Source: Helicobacteraceae bacterium
GTDB taxonomy: Bacteria > Campylobacterota > Campylobacteria > Campylobacterales > Sulfurimonadaceae
Direction: 5' to 3'
Assembly: GCA_027066325.1 (NCBI GenBank)
Contig: JAMONY010000011.1
Coordinates: 55,384-119,383 of the forward strand
Length of the DNA stretch: 64,000 bases
The notes below the pieces were generated by a model that was not told where the DNA came from, ran no database searches, and saw nothing but the letters and a program-made list of their open reading frames with translations. Below, in pieces: positions 49,852 to 59,306 of the stretch. Made by a program: the position numbers and the translations under genes. Position 1 is the first letter of the stretch; every line of letters begins with the position of its first letter.

Positions 49852-50168
49852 TTTAAAGCTCCGCTCTTGCTTAAAACTCTCTTAAATGAGCGTTCAAGAT
49901 CACCCCAGCGTGTAGTTGCGGTACTGCTCTTGGCTACAAAAACATATCCGCCACTCTCTATCTTGTCTACATTCTTTAAAACAAGTGCTCTCATGCGTCT
50001 TTTGGCACGATTGCGCATTACTGCATTCCCAACTTTTTTACTAGCTGTGAAGCCTATTGTACTCTCACTTTTGTGAGGTAAAAAAAAAAGAACTAGAGCA
50101 TCAGAGTGAGCAGAACGACCTTTTTTATAAATCTTTACAAACTCACGATTGCTCTTTAGAGTTAACAT
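49848..50168 (-). CDS. rnpA: Ribonuclease P protein component
   Basis: 106 aa, basic. KKVGNAVMRNRAKRRMR is the RNR motif. Confidence 0.93.
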   Translation of the reverse strand: MLTLKSNREFVKIYKKGRSAHSDALVLFFLPHKSESTIGFTASKKVGNAVMRNRAKRRMRALVLKNVDKIESGGYVFVAKSSTATTRWGDLERSFKRVLSKSGALK

Positions 50169-50175
50169 AGAGAAT

Positions 50176-50310
50176 CTATACTGATAGTTTTTTACGACCC
50201 TTAGATCTTCTTGCGTTTATAATTCTACGACCATTTTTTGTTGCCATGCGTGATCTGAAGCCATGTGTTCTCTTACGAGGTGTATTGTGTGGTTGATATG
50301 TTCTTTTCAT
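50176..50310 (-). CDS. rpmH: 50S ribosomal protein L34
   Basis: Below the ORF-track size cutoff. My manual translation is [44 protein letters not shown] (44 aa). Confidence 0.95.
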   Translation of the reverse strand: MKRTYQPHNTPRKRTHGFRSRMATKNGRRIINARRSKGRKKLSV

Positions 50311-50518
50311 AACAGAGTATCCTTAGATGGTATTTTAGAGCGCAATTTTAGGCAAATATTGCTTAAAGCAGTGTTAAGAGAAACTATTGAAGGTTTTTTA
50401 AGCAAGATTGCTATTTTTTATGATAAAATTCAGAATTGTGTTCATGAAAATAAGTTGCTATAGCCAAATTTTTATCACCCTTGAGATTAGTGTGTTTATG
50501 AGAAATATAAGGATATAA

Positions 50519-52900
50519 ATGTTCTACTTACTCCGCTGCACTGCTGTGCTTATGCTTGCCTCATCACCTCTTTTAGCAGAAGATTCAAGCTTATTATCCA
50601 ATCCTATAGTTATATTTTTAACCCTGCTGTCTATAGTACTTTTTATAGCCGTCCTATTTTTACTAAGTAGAACAAAGCACCAAGCATCAAAAACTAAGCA
50701 GTTGGTAGGTGAGTCAAAATTAGAGGCGGAGGAGGCTGGTAGAGCAAAAGATACTTTTTTAGCCAATGTAAGCCATGAGACCAGAACTCCTATGAATGCT
50801 ATTATAGGTCTTAGTCATATACTTCTACAAGGCAATTTAACCCATAGCCAAAAAACCAATATGTTAAAAATTAAGCGCTCTGCTGAGATGTTGTTGCTGA
50901 TCACTAACGATATATTAGATTTTTCAAAGATAGAGGCTGGAAAGTTACAGTTTGAAGAGATAGATTTTGATAGTAGTGAGTTTTTTAGCAATATTGCAGA
51001 TATGGTTAATGTAAATGCTGTTGAGCGAAATTTAGATCTGATTTTTGATATATCTGCAGATATTCCAGAGACTCTTAGAGGGGATCCATTACGCATATCT
51101 CAAGTTTTGATCAATCTACTCAATAATGCTATGAAATTTACCAACCATGGTGAAGTGACACTTAAGGTCAGTCTAGATGAAACTAAAGATAAAAATAGCA
51201 TCTTGTTTGAGGTTATAGATACAGGGATTGGACTAAGTGATGAGCAGATGCAGAAGCTTTTTCAAGCTTTTTCACAAGCTGACAATAGAACAAGTAGAAA
51301 GTATGGAGGCACTGGTCTTGGTTTGGCAATATCTAAAGAGCTTGTAGAGATGATGGGTGGACAGTTAAATGTTAAGAGTAAGCTTAGAGAGGGGAGCAAT
51401 TTCTATTTTAAGATCCCATGCGCTACTGCAAAGCAGAAAAAAAAGATAGAGAATAACCTCACCACAAGACTACTTAGCAATAAAACCATAGTGTTAGCTG
51501 AGCAGAGCATTAGCTCTTGTAAAATTTTGACCAATATCTTAGTAAGCCATGGCGCTTTAGTTAAGGTTGCTAACTCTGCTAGTGAGCTTCATCACCTGCT
51601 ACAGTGGAATGAGTACAACGCTGCTTGTATCGACTCGCGCATAATGGCACAACTTGAGCATCCAGAGATACTCAATCAAAAGTGTGATACTGTTGTATTG
51701 CTACAGTATGAGATACTAAACTTGCCAGTCATCAATACAGTGAAGATAGACTCTAAGATCACAAAGCCTTTTATGTATCTATCGGTCATGAGATCTATGA
51801 TAGAGATTTTTGGGAAAAACATCATACAGCAAGAGATAAAAAAAGATCAAATTACAATAGATGATTTAGCAGCACTAAAAGGGAGTAAGATCCTTTTAGT
51901 AGAGGACAACGAAGGTAATAGAATGGTTGTTGAAGGTCTCTTGGAGGGCTCTGGCATCGAAGTCTCACATGCTATCAATGGGCAGCAGGCAGTTGAGGCT
52001 GTGTTTGATAAATCAAAACAGTTTGAGCTTGTGCTGATGGATATCAACATGCCTATCATGGATGGATATGCAGCAACATCTATCATAAGAGAGTATCAGA
52101 AGTATGATGATATACCAGTCATCGCTATGACTGCAAATATTACTGAGAGTGATATAGAAAAATCAAAAAGTTTTGGTATGCAAGGACATCTAGCGAAGCC
52201 AATTGATGTTAATGCATTTTATAAAATTCTTATGCAGTATATCCGACCAAAAATTGAAGAAGTTCGAACTAGACAGGTTAAAAAAGTTGTTGTGACAAGT
52301 GTGGATGGCTTTGCACTGCCTGGGGTAGATATCAATGATGGATTGTCGCGTCTTAATGGTAATCTGCAAGCATATCAGAAAATTTTACTTAAGTATGTAG
52401 ATCTTTTTGAAAATGTCTCTAGTGATCTTGATAGCCTAATTAAGCAGGGTAGATATGATGATGCAAAAGCCTTGGCTCATAATCTAAAGGGTCTTTCGGG
52501 CAACATAGGCGCTTTAGAGATGTATGAGTTAGCCAAAGAGGCAGAAGATATTTTTAGTGAAAAGAGCACTGTTACTGCAGATATCATTGCATCGATAGAG
52601 GCTGAGATCAAAGAGTTGTGTGGTGCTATCAAGATGAAAGTTAAAGATGTGTCAACACAGAGGGGTAAAGAGGGTAGTTTGAGTATAGAAGAGACTAATG
52701 AGTTGCTAAAAAATCTCTATGCAGCAGCTAAGAAGAAGAAGGCTGTAGAGATTAAGAAGATCTGTTTAGAGTTGAGTCGCCATAAATGGTCTTCTAGTAT
52801 GAAAACCAAGATTGACCATATCATTAAGCAGTCAGCTCTTTATAAGTTTGATAGCGTCTTAAAGGCAATTGAAGATATTACAGTTTCTAAAAAAGGTTAA
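50519..52900 (+). CDS. Hybrid sensor histidine kinase (HisKA-HATPase-REC-HPt) with almost no extracytoplasmic sensor
   Basis: 793 aa. H-box SHETRTPMNAI, G-boxes (DTGIGL, GGTGLGLAIS), REC (ILLVEDN...LMDINMP), and HPt (HNLKGLSGNIGA). Confidence 0.88.
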   Translation: MFYLLRCTAVLMLASSPLLAEDSSLLSNPIVIFLTLLSIVLFIAVLFLLSRTKHQASKTKQLVGESKLEAEEAGRAKDTFLANVSHETRTPMNAIIGLSHILLQGNLTHSQKTNMLKIKRSAEMLLLITNDILDFSKIEAGKLQFEEIDFDSSEFFSNIADMVNVNAVERNLDLIFDISADIPETLRGDPLRISQVLINLLNNAMKFTNHGEVTLKVSLDETKDKNSILFEVIDTGIGLSDEQMQKLFQAFSQADNRTSRKYGGTGLGLAISKELVEMMGGQLNVKSKLREGSNFYFKIPCATAKQKKKIENNLTTRLLSNKTIVLAEQSISSCKILTNILVSHGALVKVANSASELHHLLQWNEYNAACIDSRIMAQLEHPEILNQKCDTVVLLQYEILNLPVINTVKIDSKITKPFMYLSVMRSMIEIFGKNIIQQEIKKDQITIDDLAALKGSKILLVEDNEGNRMVVEGLLEGSGIEVSHAINGQQAVEAVFDKSKQFELVLMDINMPIMDGYAATSIIREYQKYDDIPVIAMTANITESDIEKSKSFGMQGHLAKPIDVNAFYKILMQYIRPKIEEVRTRQVKKVVVTSVDGFALPGVDINDGLSRLNGNLQAYQKILLKYVDLFENVSSDLDSLIKQGRYDDAKALAHNLKGLSGNIGALEMYELAKEAEDIFSEKSTVTADIIASIEAEIKELCGAIKMKVKDVSTQRGKEGSLSIEETNELLKNLYAAAKKKKAVEIKKICLELSRHKWSSSMKTKIDHIIKQSALYKFDSVLKAIEDITVSKKG

Positions 52901-52902
52901 AG

Positions 52903-53793
52903 ATGAATATGGATTACTCAAAATGCAAGATACTAGTTGTTGATGATAATGTTGCTAATCTAGACATTCTTGTGGAACTGTTAAATGATTATGATGTTCG
53001 TGCTGCATTGAGTGGTATATCTGCTCTTGAAAGTGTCCAAGATGAGCTACCAGATCTAATTTTTTTAGATATTGCTATGCCTGACATGGATGGATTTGAA
53101 GTCTGTAAAAGATTAAAATCAAATCCAAAAACTGCATCTATACCTATCATATTTCTTAGTGCAAGTTCAGATAGTAAGACAATTGTCAAAGGCTTTGAGC
53201 TTGGAGGTGTTGACTATATTGTGAAGCCGTATAATGTAAAAGAGGTGATAGCAAGACTACATACACATCTAAAGCTACAGTATGCCATTAAAAAATTAGA
53301 TAGATTAGCTTTTACTGATCATCTAACAGGCATCTCTAATCGCAGAAGATTTTTTACAACAGCCTCCAAGTTATTTGTACAGGCAAAAACAAAAGCTATA
53401 CCTATGCATCTGATGGTGATAGATATCGATAATTTTAAGCAGATTAACGATACTTATGGACATAATGAAGCAGACATGCTACTTAAGCAGTTTGCAAAGC
53501 AGATTAGAGATAGATTTAGTAGCAACGCTTTATGCGCAAGACTTGGTGGCGATGAATTTGCTATCTTTGTGCTCAATCTCTCTCAACAGCAGGCTTTAGA
53601 GCAGGCAGAGAAGCTGTGTCAAACAAGTGCAAACCTTAGAGTTGGTACAAAAGAGAATATTGAGTTTACGGTAAGTATAGGGCTAGTGGAGGCTGTCTCC
53701 TCTATCAAAACCTTAGATGATTTAGTAGCCCAAGCTAACATCAACCTCCAAGAGGCAAAAAGTGTAAAAAATAGAGTCATAGGGTATGTTTAG
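52903..53793 (+). CDS. Response regulator-diguanylate cyclase (REC-GGDEF)
   Basis: 296 aa. REC (ILVVDDN, FLDIAMPDMDG, K in VKP) and an intact GGDEF motif (RLGGDEFAIF). Confidence 0.9.
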   Translation: MNMDYSKCKILVVDDNVANLDILVELLNDYDVRAALSGISALESVQDELPDLIFLDIAMPDMDGFEVCKRLKSNPKTASIPIIFLSASSDSKTIVKGFELGGVDYIVKPYNVKEVIARLHTHLKLQYAIKKLDRLAFTDHLTGISNRRRFFTTASKLFVQAKTKAIPMHLMVIDIDNFKQINDTYGHNEADMLLKQFAKQIRDRFSSNALCARLGGDEFAIFVLNLSQQQALEQAEKLCQTSANLRVGTKENIEFTVSIGLVEAVSSIKTLDDLVAQANINLQEAKSVKNRVIGYV

Positions 53794-54323
53794 CTGTACT
53801 CTTTAAGAAAGATAACCCTACCAACACTGTAGCCCAATATGACACCTACTGCTAAGGATGGCAGATATAGCGGAAGGTAGAGTAGTGAGTTGTTCTGTAG
53901 TGCTAAAAAACCAAAAACTAACATAGCGTATGAGCCTATGCGCCATGGTGAAAAGATGGCTGGTGAAGATAGTGCTACATTTTTGATGGTTTTTCTCTCT
54001 TTTTTAAGAGCAATTTTTTGCTCTTTGATAACATCTCTTAACTCTTTTTTCTCATCAATATCTTCACCATATAGATCGTATGGATCATCTATCTTCTCAA
54101 ATAGATCTTCGCTTACCCCCTCCTTATCGTGAAGCTTGCGTTGCACTAAAGAGTGATAGCTATGCATAGAAGCTAGAGTAACCAATAGCGCACTTATGAC
54201 AGCAATTTCGATATTGATAAAAGAGTCAAAAGAGTAAAATAGCACCAGTAGAATAAGAAGCTGTGATAAAGAGAGGATCTTAGTAGTGCTTTGAAGCAAT
54301 ATCATCATCCTCATCATCATCAA
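53790..54323 (-). CDS. Hypothetical membrane protein (4 predicted TM helices); start uncertain
   Basis: 177-aa ORF. Its first codons overlap the acidic tail of the upstream gene, so the real start probably lies between 54299 and 54308. Confidence 0.45.
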   Translation of the reverse strand: MMMMRMMILLQSTTKILSLSQLLILLVLFYSFDSFINIEIAVISALLVTLASMHSYHSLVQRKLHDKEGVSEDLFEKIDDPYDLYGEDIDEKKELRDVIKEQKIALKKERKTIKNVALSSPAIFSPWRIGSYAMLVFGFLALQNNSLLYLPLYLPSLAVGVILGYSVGRVIFLKEYS

Positions 54324-54594
54324 ACTTTAGAGGCTTATGATCTTTGTAGCGCGGATCTTTAGCTAGTTTTTCAAACTCTTTATACTGTCTAGAGTAGGCC
54401 TTGTATACATTTAAAAAAGCTGCTGCTATGCCTATGAATACACCAACCCATAGTAGCCACGATATATCAAAAAGTGCTCTAAGCCCTAAGCCCATACCCA
54501 CACCAATAAGCACTGCAACCACCATTGAGATGCCAAGTGATAGTGACTCTGCGCCTTGAACTATGGGTTTAAATCTTGGATTTTCATCTTTCAT
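54280..54594 (-). CDS. AtpZ/AtpI-like small membrane protein with an acidic C-terminal tail
   Basis: 104 aa. Two TM helices with a G-rich pattern (LIGVGMGLGL...VGVFIGIAAA). TAATG overlap with hemL. Confidence 0.5.
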   Translation of the reverse strand: MKDENPRFKPIVQGAESLSLGISMVVAVLIGVGMGLGLRALFDISWLLWVGVFIGIAAAFLNVYKAYSRQYKEFEKLAKDPRYKDHKPLKFDDDEDDDIASKHY

Positions 54595-55877
54595 TATATG
54601 GTTTGAAATACCTCATCTGCTGCTGCAATAGTCTGCTCTATCATCTCATCTGTAGTTTTAGTACATATAAAGCCTGTCTCAAACTGTGAACATGCAAAAT
54701 AGAACCCACGCTCTAACATGCCAGCATGAAAAGCTGCAAACTGTGCTAGATCAGACTCAGCAGCATCGGAGAAGTTTTTGACACTCTTGTTGTTGAAAAA
54801 AAATCCAAACATTGAGCCCCTTACACATGTTTGTAGTGCTATATTGTGCTTAGATGCTGCTTCGCTAAAGCCCTCCATCAACCTCTTAGCGCGTGACTCT
54901 AAGATGCTATAGATATGAGCATTTGAGCGTAATTTTTTTACCGCAGTATAACCTGCTGCCATAGCTATAGGGTTACCACTTAGTGTACCTGCTTGATACA
55001 CTGGTCCCTCTGGTGATAGCTTTGCCATAATCTGCTCTTTTGCACCAAAGGCACCAACAGGCATGCCTCCTCCTATCACTTTTCCAAGTGTGATTATGTC
55101 TGGCTCTACTCCAGTAATGCTCTGTGCACCCCTTAGAGTTGCTCTAAAACCGCTCATCACTTCATCAAAAATCAAGAGCGTACCATTTTTGTCGCACAGC
55201 TCTCTTAGCTCTACTAAGAACTCTTTATCAGCAGGTACAAGACCCATGTTTCCTGCTATTGGCTCTATAATAACACAGGCTATATCTGTGCTATCTTTAA
55301 AGCATTTTTTTACACTATCTATATCGTTGTATGTTGCTAGAAGTGTATGTTTGGTGAAGTCTGCAGGTACACCAGGTGAGCTTGGGTTGCCAAATGTAGC
55401 TAAGCCTGAACCAGCCTCTACTAGTAAGGAGTCGCTATGTCCATGGTAGCAACCTGCAAATTTGACTATATCATCTTTGCCTGTAAAGCCACGCGCTAGA
55501 CGGATTGCACTCATAACAGCTTCAGTACCACTTGAGACAAAGCGTACTTTATCTATGCTATCAAAGATAGATACAATCTCATGTGCTAATTCACTCTCTA
55601 TAAGTGTTGGAGCACCAAAACTTAGCCCCTTTTTTGCCATCTTGCAGACTGCCTCTTCTATATCTTGATCACAGTGCCCAAAGATAAGTGGTCCCCAGCT
55701 CTGTACAAAATCTATGTATCGATTGTCATCTATGTCGATCAGGTATGCACCATCTCCGCTCTTGACAAATATCGGAGTTCCTCCAACACTTTTAAATGCT
55801 CTTACTGGAGAGTTTACCCCTCCTGGTATGAGTGCTTGTGCCTGTTTGAATGCCTCTTGTGACTCAGTTATGCTCAT
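54594..55877 (-). CDS. hemL: Glutamate-1-semialdehyde 2,1-aminomutase
   Basis: [14 protein letters not shown], and the PLP lysine region [15 protein letters not shown]. The ATG at 55877 is preferred to the TTG at 55901. Confidence 0.95.
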   Translation of the reverse strand: MSITESQEAFKQAQALIPGGVNSPVRAFKSVGGTPIFVKSGDGAYLIDIDDNRYIDFVQSWGPLIFGHCDQDIEEAVCKMAKKGLSFGAPTLIESELAHEIVSIFDSIDKVRFVSSGTEAVMSAIRLARGFTGKDDIVKFAGCYHGHSDSLLVEAGSGLATFGNPSSPGVPADFTKHTLLATYNDIDSVKKCFKDSTDIACVIIEPIAGNMGLVPADKEFLVELRELCDKNGTLLIFDEVMSGFRATLRGAQSITGVEPDIITLGKVIGGGMPVGAFGAKEQIMAKLSPEGPVYQAGTLSGNPIAMAAGYTAVKKLRSNAHIYSILESRAKRLMEGFSEAASKHNIALQTCVRGSMFGFFFNNKSVKNFSDAAESDLAQFAAFHAGMLERGFYFACSQFETGFICTKTTDEMIEQTIAAADEVFQTI

Positions 55878-55963
55878 GTAGTACCCCAAAATATTTTTCA
55901 AGTATTATACCTAAAATTTAAGAACCCATGATACAATTGTCACTAAAATTATGGAGGATTCTT

Positions 55964-56536
55964 ATGAGCAGAGTACTTGTACCAATTGCAACTGGATTTG
56001 AAGAGATTGAGGCTGTTAGTATCATTGATGTGTTGCGTCGAGCAGGTATTGAGGTGCTTGTAGCACATGTTGGTAAGAGCGCTAGCGTAACTGGTGCCAA
56101 CGGCATTGTTATAGAGTGTGATGTAGATTTAGACGATATTGATGAGCGCAAACTTGACATGATTGTATTGCCTGGTGGATGGGGAGGAACTGATATATTG
56201 GCAACAGATATTAGAGTGCAGAGTATCATTAAAGCACTTGATGCAGACGGTCGTCTTATAGGCTCTATATGTGCTGCGGCATATGCACTAAGTTGCGCTG
56301 GTGTTCTAAAAGATAGATTTACATGTTATCCATCTGCTGAGCTTAAGATTGAGCATAGTGGGTATCTTGGTGACAAGTATCAGGTAGTAGTTGATCAAAA
56401 TATTATCACATCAAGAGGTCCAGCAACTGCTATCTGTTTTGCTTTACATATAGTAAAACTTCTAGATTCTGATGAGAAATATAGTGCGCTTAGGGCTGGA
56501 CTATTGGCGGAGTGTTGTGAGGATGCAACCGCATAG
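55964..56536 (+). CDS. DJ-1/PfpI (ThiJ) family protein
   Basis: MSRVLVPIATGFEEIE, and the nucleophile-elbow Cys in IGSICAAAYAL. Confidence 0.85.
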   Translation: MSRVLVPIATGFEEIEAVSIIDVLRRAGIEVLVAHVGKSASVTGANGIVIECDVDLDDIDERKLDMIVLPGGWGGTDILATDIRVQSIIKALDADGRLIGSICAAAYALSCAGVLKDRFTCYPSAELKIEHSGYLGDKYQVVVDQNIITSRGPATAICFALHIVKLLDSDEKYSALRAGLLAECCEDATA

Positions 56537-56584
56537 ATTATCTGTTTGTTGGGGTGTGGTACAATAGCAGAAAATAGGCTTTTA

Positions 56585-57388
56585 ATGAGAAGACTCTTCT
56601 GGTCTGTGGCAACTTTGATTTTTATCTTATTGCTACATGTGTGCATGTTTATCTACTTGAGCAGTGTTGATCTGCCTAAACCGAAGATAGTAGAACCTAA
56701 GACGAGCAAAAAGATTAGAGTCTCTTTGCTTGAAAATCTAGAAGCATCTAAAGAGGCTCTAGTTAAAAATAGTATTGAGCCTACTCAAAAAAAGAGCCCG
56801 CCAATACCCAAAGGTTCTCAACTTAAAACACCCAAGCCGATACAGCAAGAGATACAAAAAGAGGTACAAAAACCTACCACAATACAAAAACCTACACACT
56901 CTAAGCCCTCGATAGATAGAGTTGCACATAAAGAGCCAAAAGTAGCCAAAAAAGAGACTCTATTTGATAAATTATCTAAAAAAATAGCGCCAGATCAAGA
57001 TCAAGAGTCAAAAGTGTATCGCCACTCTAAAATTTCACAAAATATCAAAGATGCATATGGAGAGAAGTTTGCTCTTTTGAGTCTAGGTGAGCAGAAGTAT
57101 ATACTAGACAACCAAGAGATTATGCGTCGTATTACACAGAGCACCTTAGAGCGTGTAGGTAGCGTCAATATACCAAATAATCTAAGAATAAACAGCAGTA
57201 ATCTCATTGAGTTTTATCTGATGCCAAATGGTGATATAACAGAGATTAAAACTATACAAAAAAGTGGTTTTTTTATCTTAGATGACACTACCATAGAGAC
57301 TATTAAGTATGCCTATAGCAAGTATCCACGACCTCAACAGAAGACGCTGATACGCTATAGGTTTAACTACTACCTTAGAGGGTATTAG
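56585..57388 (+). CDS. TonB-like energy transducer
   Basis: N-terminal TM anchor, a Pro/Lys-rich spacer (KSPPIPKGSQLKTPKPIQQE), and a TonB_C-like C-terminus. Confidence 0.65.
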   Translation: MRRLFWSVATLIFILLLHVCMFIYLSSVDLPKPKIVEPKTSKKIRVSLLENLEASKEALVKNSIEPTQKKSPPIPKGSQLKTPKPIQQEIQKEVQKPTTIQKPTHSKPSIDRVAHKEPKVAKKETLFDKLSKKIAPDQDQESKVYRHSKISQNIKDAYGEKFALLSLGEQKYILDNQEIMRRITQSTLERVGSVNIPNNLRINSSNLIEFYLMPNGDITEIKTIQKSGFFILDDTTIETIKYAYSKYPRPQQKTLIRYRFNYYLRGY

Positions 57389-57403
57389 ATACTCCAAGAG
57401 ATC

Positions 57404-58084
57404 TTATTTGGTGCCAATTTTGTATCCGAATCTGCTGACATTTTGTATTAGATTATGAGTTGTATTTTCTCTGATGCGATGTATAAGAGAGCGTAGAGTT
57501 TGAGTTGAAACAGAGTCTTCATCTCCATATAGACTCTGTATAATCTCATCTATCTCAATTGTTCTATTTTTATGTTCACATAGTAGTCTAATGAGCTTGA
57601 GTGCTTTTGGTCCCAACGGAACCTCTTTATTGTTTTGGTAGAGCATTTGGGTAGATTTGCTAAAACTGTAATGCTCTATGAGCTCTATGGTATCTGTCTG
57701 ATTTGGGTGCGATCTATCTAGTCTAGCTGTTGCTAGTTGTAGGGCGGCTAAGATTTCGCTATCTCTATATGGCTTGAGCAGATATGAGAGTGCGCGCGAG
57801 CGAACCGCACTATCTATCATCTCTTGTTCACCATATGCGGTAAGAAATATGATAGCTATAGATGGCTCTATCTCATATATTTTAATAGCAGCTTCACTAC
57901 CTAGCATATACCCTTGTAGCACAATATCCATAAGTATCAGATCAATACCGCCATCTTGCACAGCATCAATAACAGATTTTGCATCTCTAAATAGACCAGC
58001 AATTTTGTAGCCCTCAAGTTCAAGTAGGCGTTTTAGATAGTTTGCTGCTATCACCTCATCTTCTACAATCGCTATATTTATCAC
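57404..58084 (-). CDS. OmpR/PhoB-type response regulator (REC + winged helix)
   Basis: 226 aa. IAIVEDE, ILMDI, LLKP, and a C-terminal trans_reg_C-like region (LRSLIHRIR...FGYKI). GTG start. Confidence 0.85.
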   Translation of the reverse strand: MINIAIVEDEVIAANYLKRLLELEGYKIAGLFRDAKSVIDAVQDGGIDLILMDIVLQGYMLGSEAAIKIYEIEPSIAIIFLTAYGEQEMIDSAVRSRALSYLLKPYRDSEILAALQLATARLDRSHPNQTDTIELIEHYSFSKSTQMLYQNNKEVPLGPKALKLIRLLCEHKNRTIEIDEIIQSLYGDEDSVSTQTLRSLIHRIRENTTHNLIQNVSRFGYKIGTK

Positions 58085-58093
58085 CTATGAACC

Positions 58094-59218
58094 TTATTTT
58101 AAAGATTTAAACCGTAGCTCATACTTTAGCCCACTACTAAAGTCTATATCTACTGTAGCATTGATCTGTTCAGCACACATCTGTATAAGCATGCTACCAA
58201 ATCCAGCAACTAGATCTATCTGATCACTACCATTGTCGCTATAGCTTAGTAAAAACTCACCTTGACTCTCAACTAGGCTTAACGATATCGTACTCTTTGT
58301 ATCTGAAAAGGCGTACTTAATGGAGTTTGTCACAAGTTCATTTATGATCATTCCAAGCTGGATAATTGTCTCAAAACCAAGTTTGATTGGCTCAATGTCT
58401 AGTTTAATATCTACTCTATTATTGTAACCATTTTTGGCTTTTAAAATATGCTCAATGACTCTCTTGATGTATCTTTTAAACTCAATATTGTCTATCTCTT
58501 CACACTTGTATATAGCCTCATGTATAAGCGCCATGGACTCTAGCCTGAGTCGATTTTGGTCTACAAGGTTATGTACTTCTGCTATATTGCTATCAAATTT
58601 CTGTAGACCAAGTATGGCTGAGATGATATTGAGATTATTTTTTACACGATGGTGAATCTCTTGTAAAAGTAGTGTTTTTTGTCTATTTGCAGACTCAAGT
58701 TCAAGGTAGAATTTTTCAATAGTAATGTGGTAAAATATACCAAATGCCAGTACAAATCCAGCAGCAATAATATAAGCGCTCATATATTTTGGGTTATGAA
58801 GAAGAGGGTGGCTCTCATATGTGATATAGCCGTAGGCAAAGATTAAGATAAGTGTTGCAAAATAGATTCCTACATGTGTAATCACCTTTTTTGTTGGCAG
58901 CAATATAAAAGCTACCATGGGGACAAGCAGAGTAAAGATTACACCTATGTCAAAACCGTTTGTAAAAACAAATATAAATATAATAAAAGATGTAAATACA
59001 AATAGAAAAGATGAGGCTAGGTTGTAGTTTCTGTATTTTGTATAGTACCAAAACATGTAGCCAACAATCAGTACAGATAAGGCATCAATTACCGCATCTT
59101 TATAGTTGCTTATACTAAAGTCTACTACAGCAGCAATGGAAGTTAGTGTTAAAAATGTGATATACAATCCATATAAAAATCTCTCTTTATAGTGAATCTT
59201 GGCAAAATTTTTAAACAT
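58094..59218 (-). CDS. Sensor histidine kinase, HisKA_2 type, with a membrane domain of about 6 TM helices
   Basis: 374 aa. H-box EIHHRVKNNLNIISAIL and an HATPase_c_2-like C-terminus. Lies upstream of and co-directional with the response regulator. Confidence 0.8.
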   Translation of the reverse strand: MFKNFAKIHYKERFLYGLYITFLTLTSIAAVVDFSISNYKDAVIDALSVLIVGYMFWYYTKYRNYNLASSFLFVFTSFIIFIFVFTNGFDIGVIFTLLVPMVAFILLPTKKVITHVGIYFATLILIFAYGYITYESHPLLHNPKYMSAYIIAAGFVLAFGIFYHITIEKFYLELESANRQKTLLLQEIHHRVKNNLNIISAILGLQKFDSNIAEVHNLVDQNRLRLESMALIHEAIYKCEEIDNIEFKRYIKRVIEHILKAKNGYNNRVDIKLDIEPIKLGFETIIQLGMIINELVTNSIKYAFSDTKSTISLSLVESQGEFLLSYSDNGSDQIDLVAGFGSMLIQMCAEQINATVDIDFSSGLKYELRFKSLK

Positions 59219-59306
59219 TTTGTTATTATAGCAGATAACAGAACTGATAAATGATTTTTATGCGCTATAACTATAGAAATATTTTCAATAGTTAAAGGAG
59301 TAAGAT

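Noticed and set aside
50080-50089. A run of 10 A (T10 on the coding strand) inside rnpA, considered as a possible phase-variation tract.
   Set aside because: rnpA is essential and the tract encodes a plausible LFFLP segment. A/T runs of this length are common in AT-rich genomes, and there are no G/C tracts of the kind usually tied to phase variation.
50311-50518. The 208-bp gap next to rpmH, considered as a possible oriC.
   Set aside because: There is no dnaA or dnaN nearby. Only one weak DnaA-box-like sequence (TTATCACCC) is present, with no box cluster or obvious AT-rich unwinding element beyond the background composition.
54299-54323. The MMMMRMM start of the 177-aa ORF.
   Set aside because: The Met run is the out-of-frame reading of the GAT/GAG codons that encode the DDDEDDD tail of the upstream gene. 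The real start is probably further downstream.
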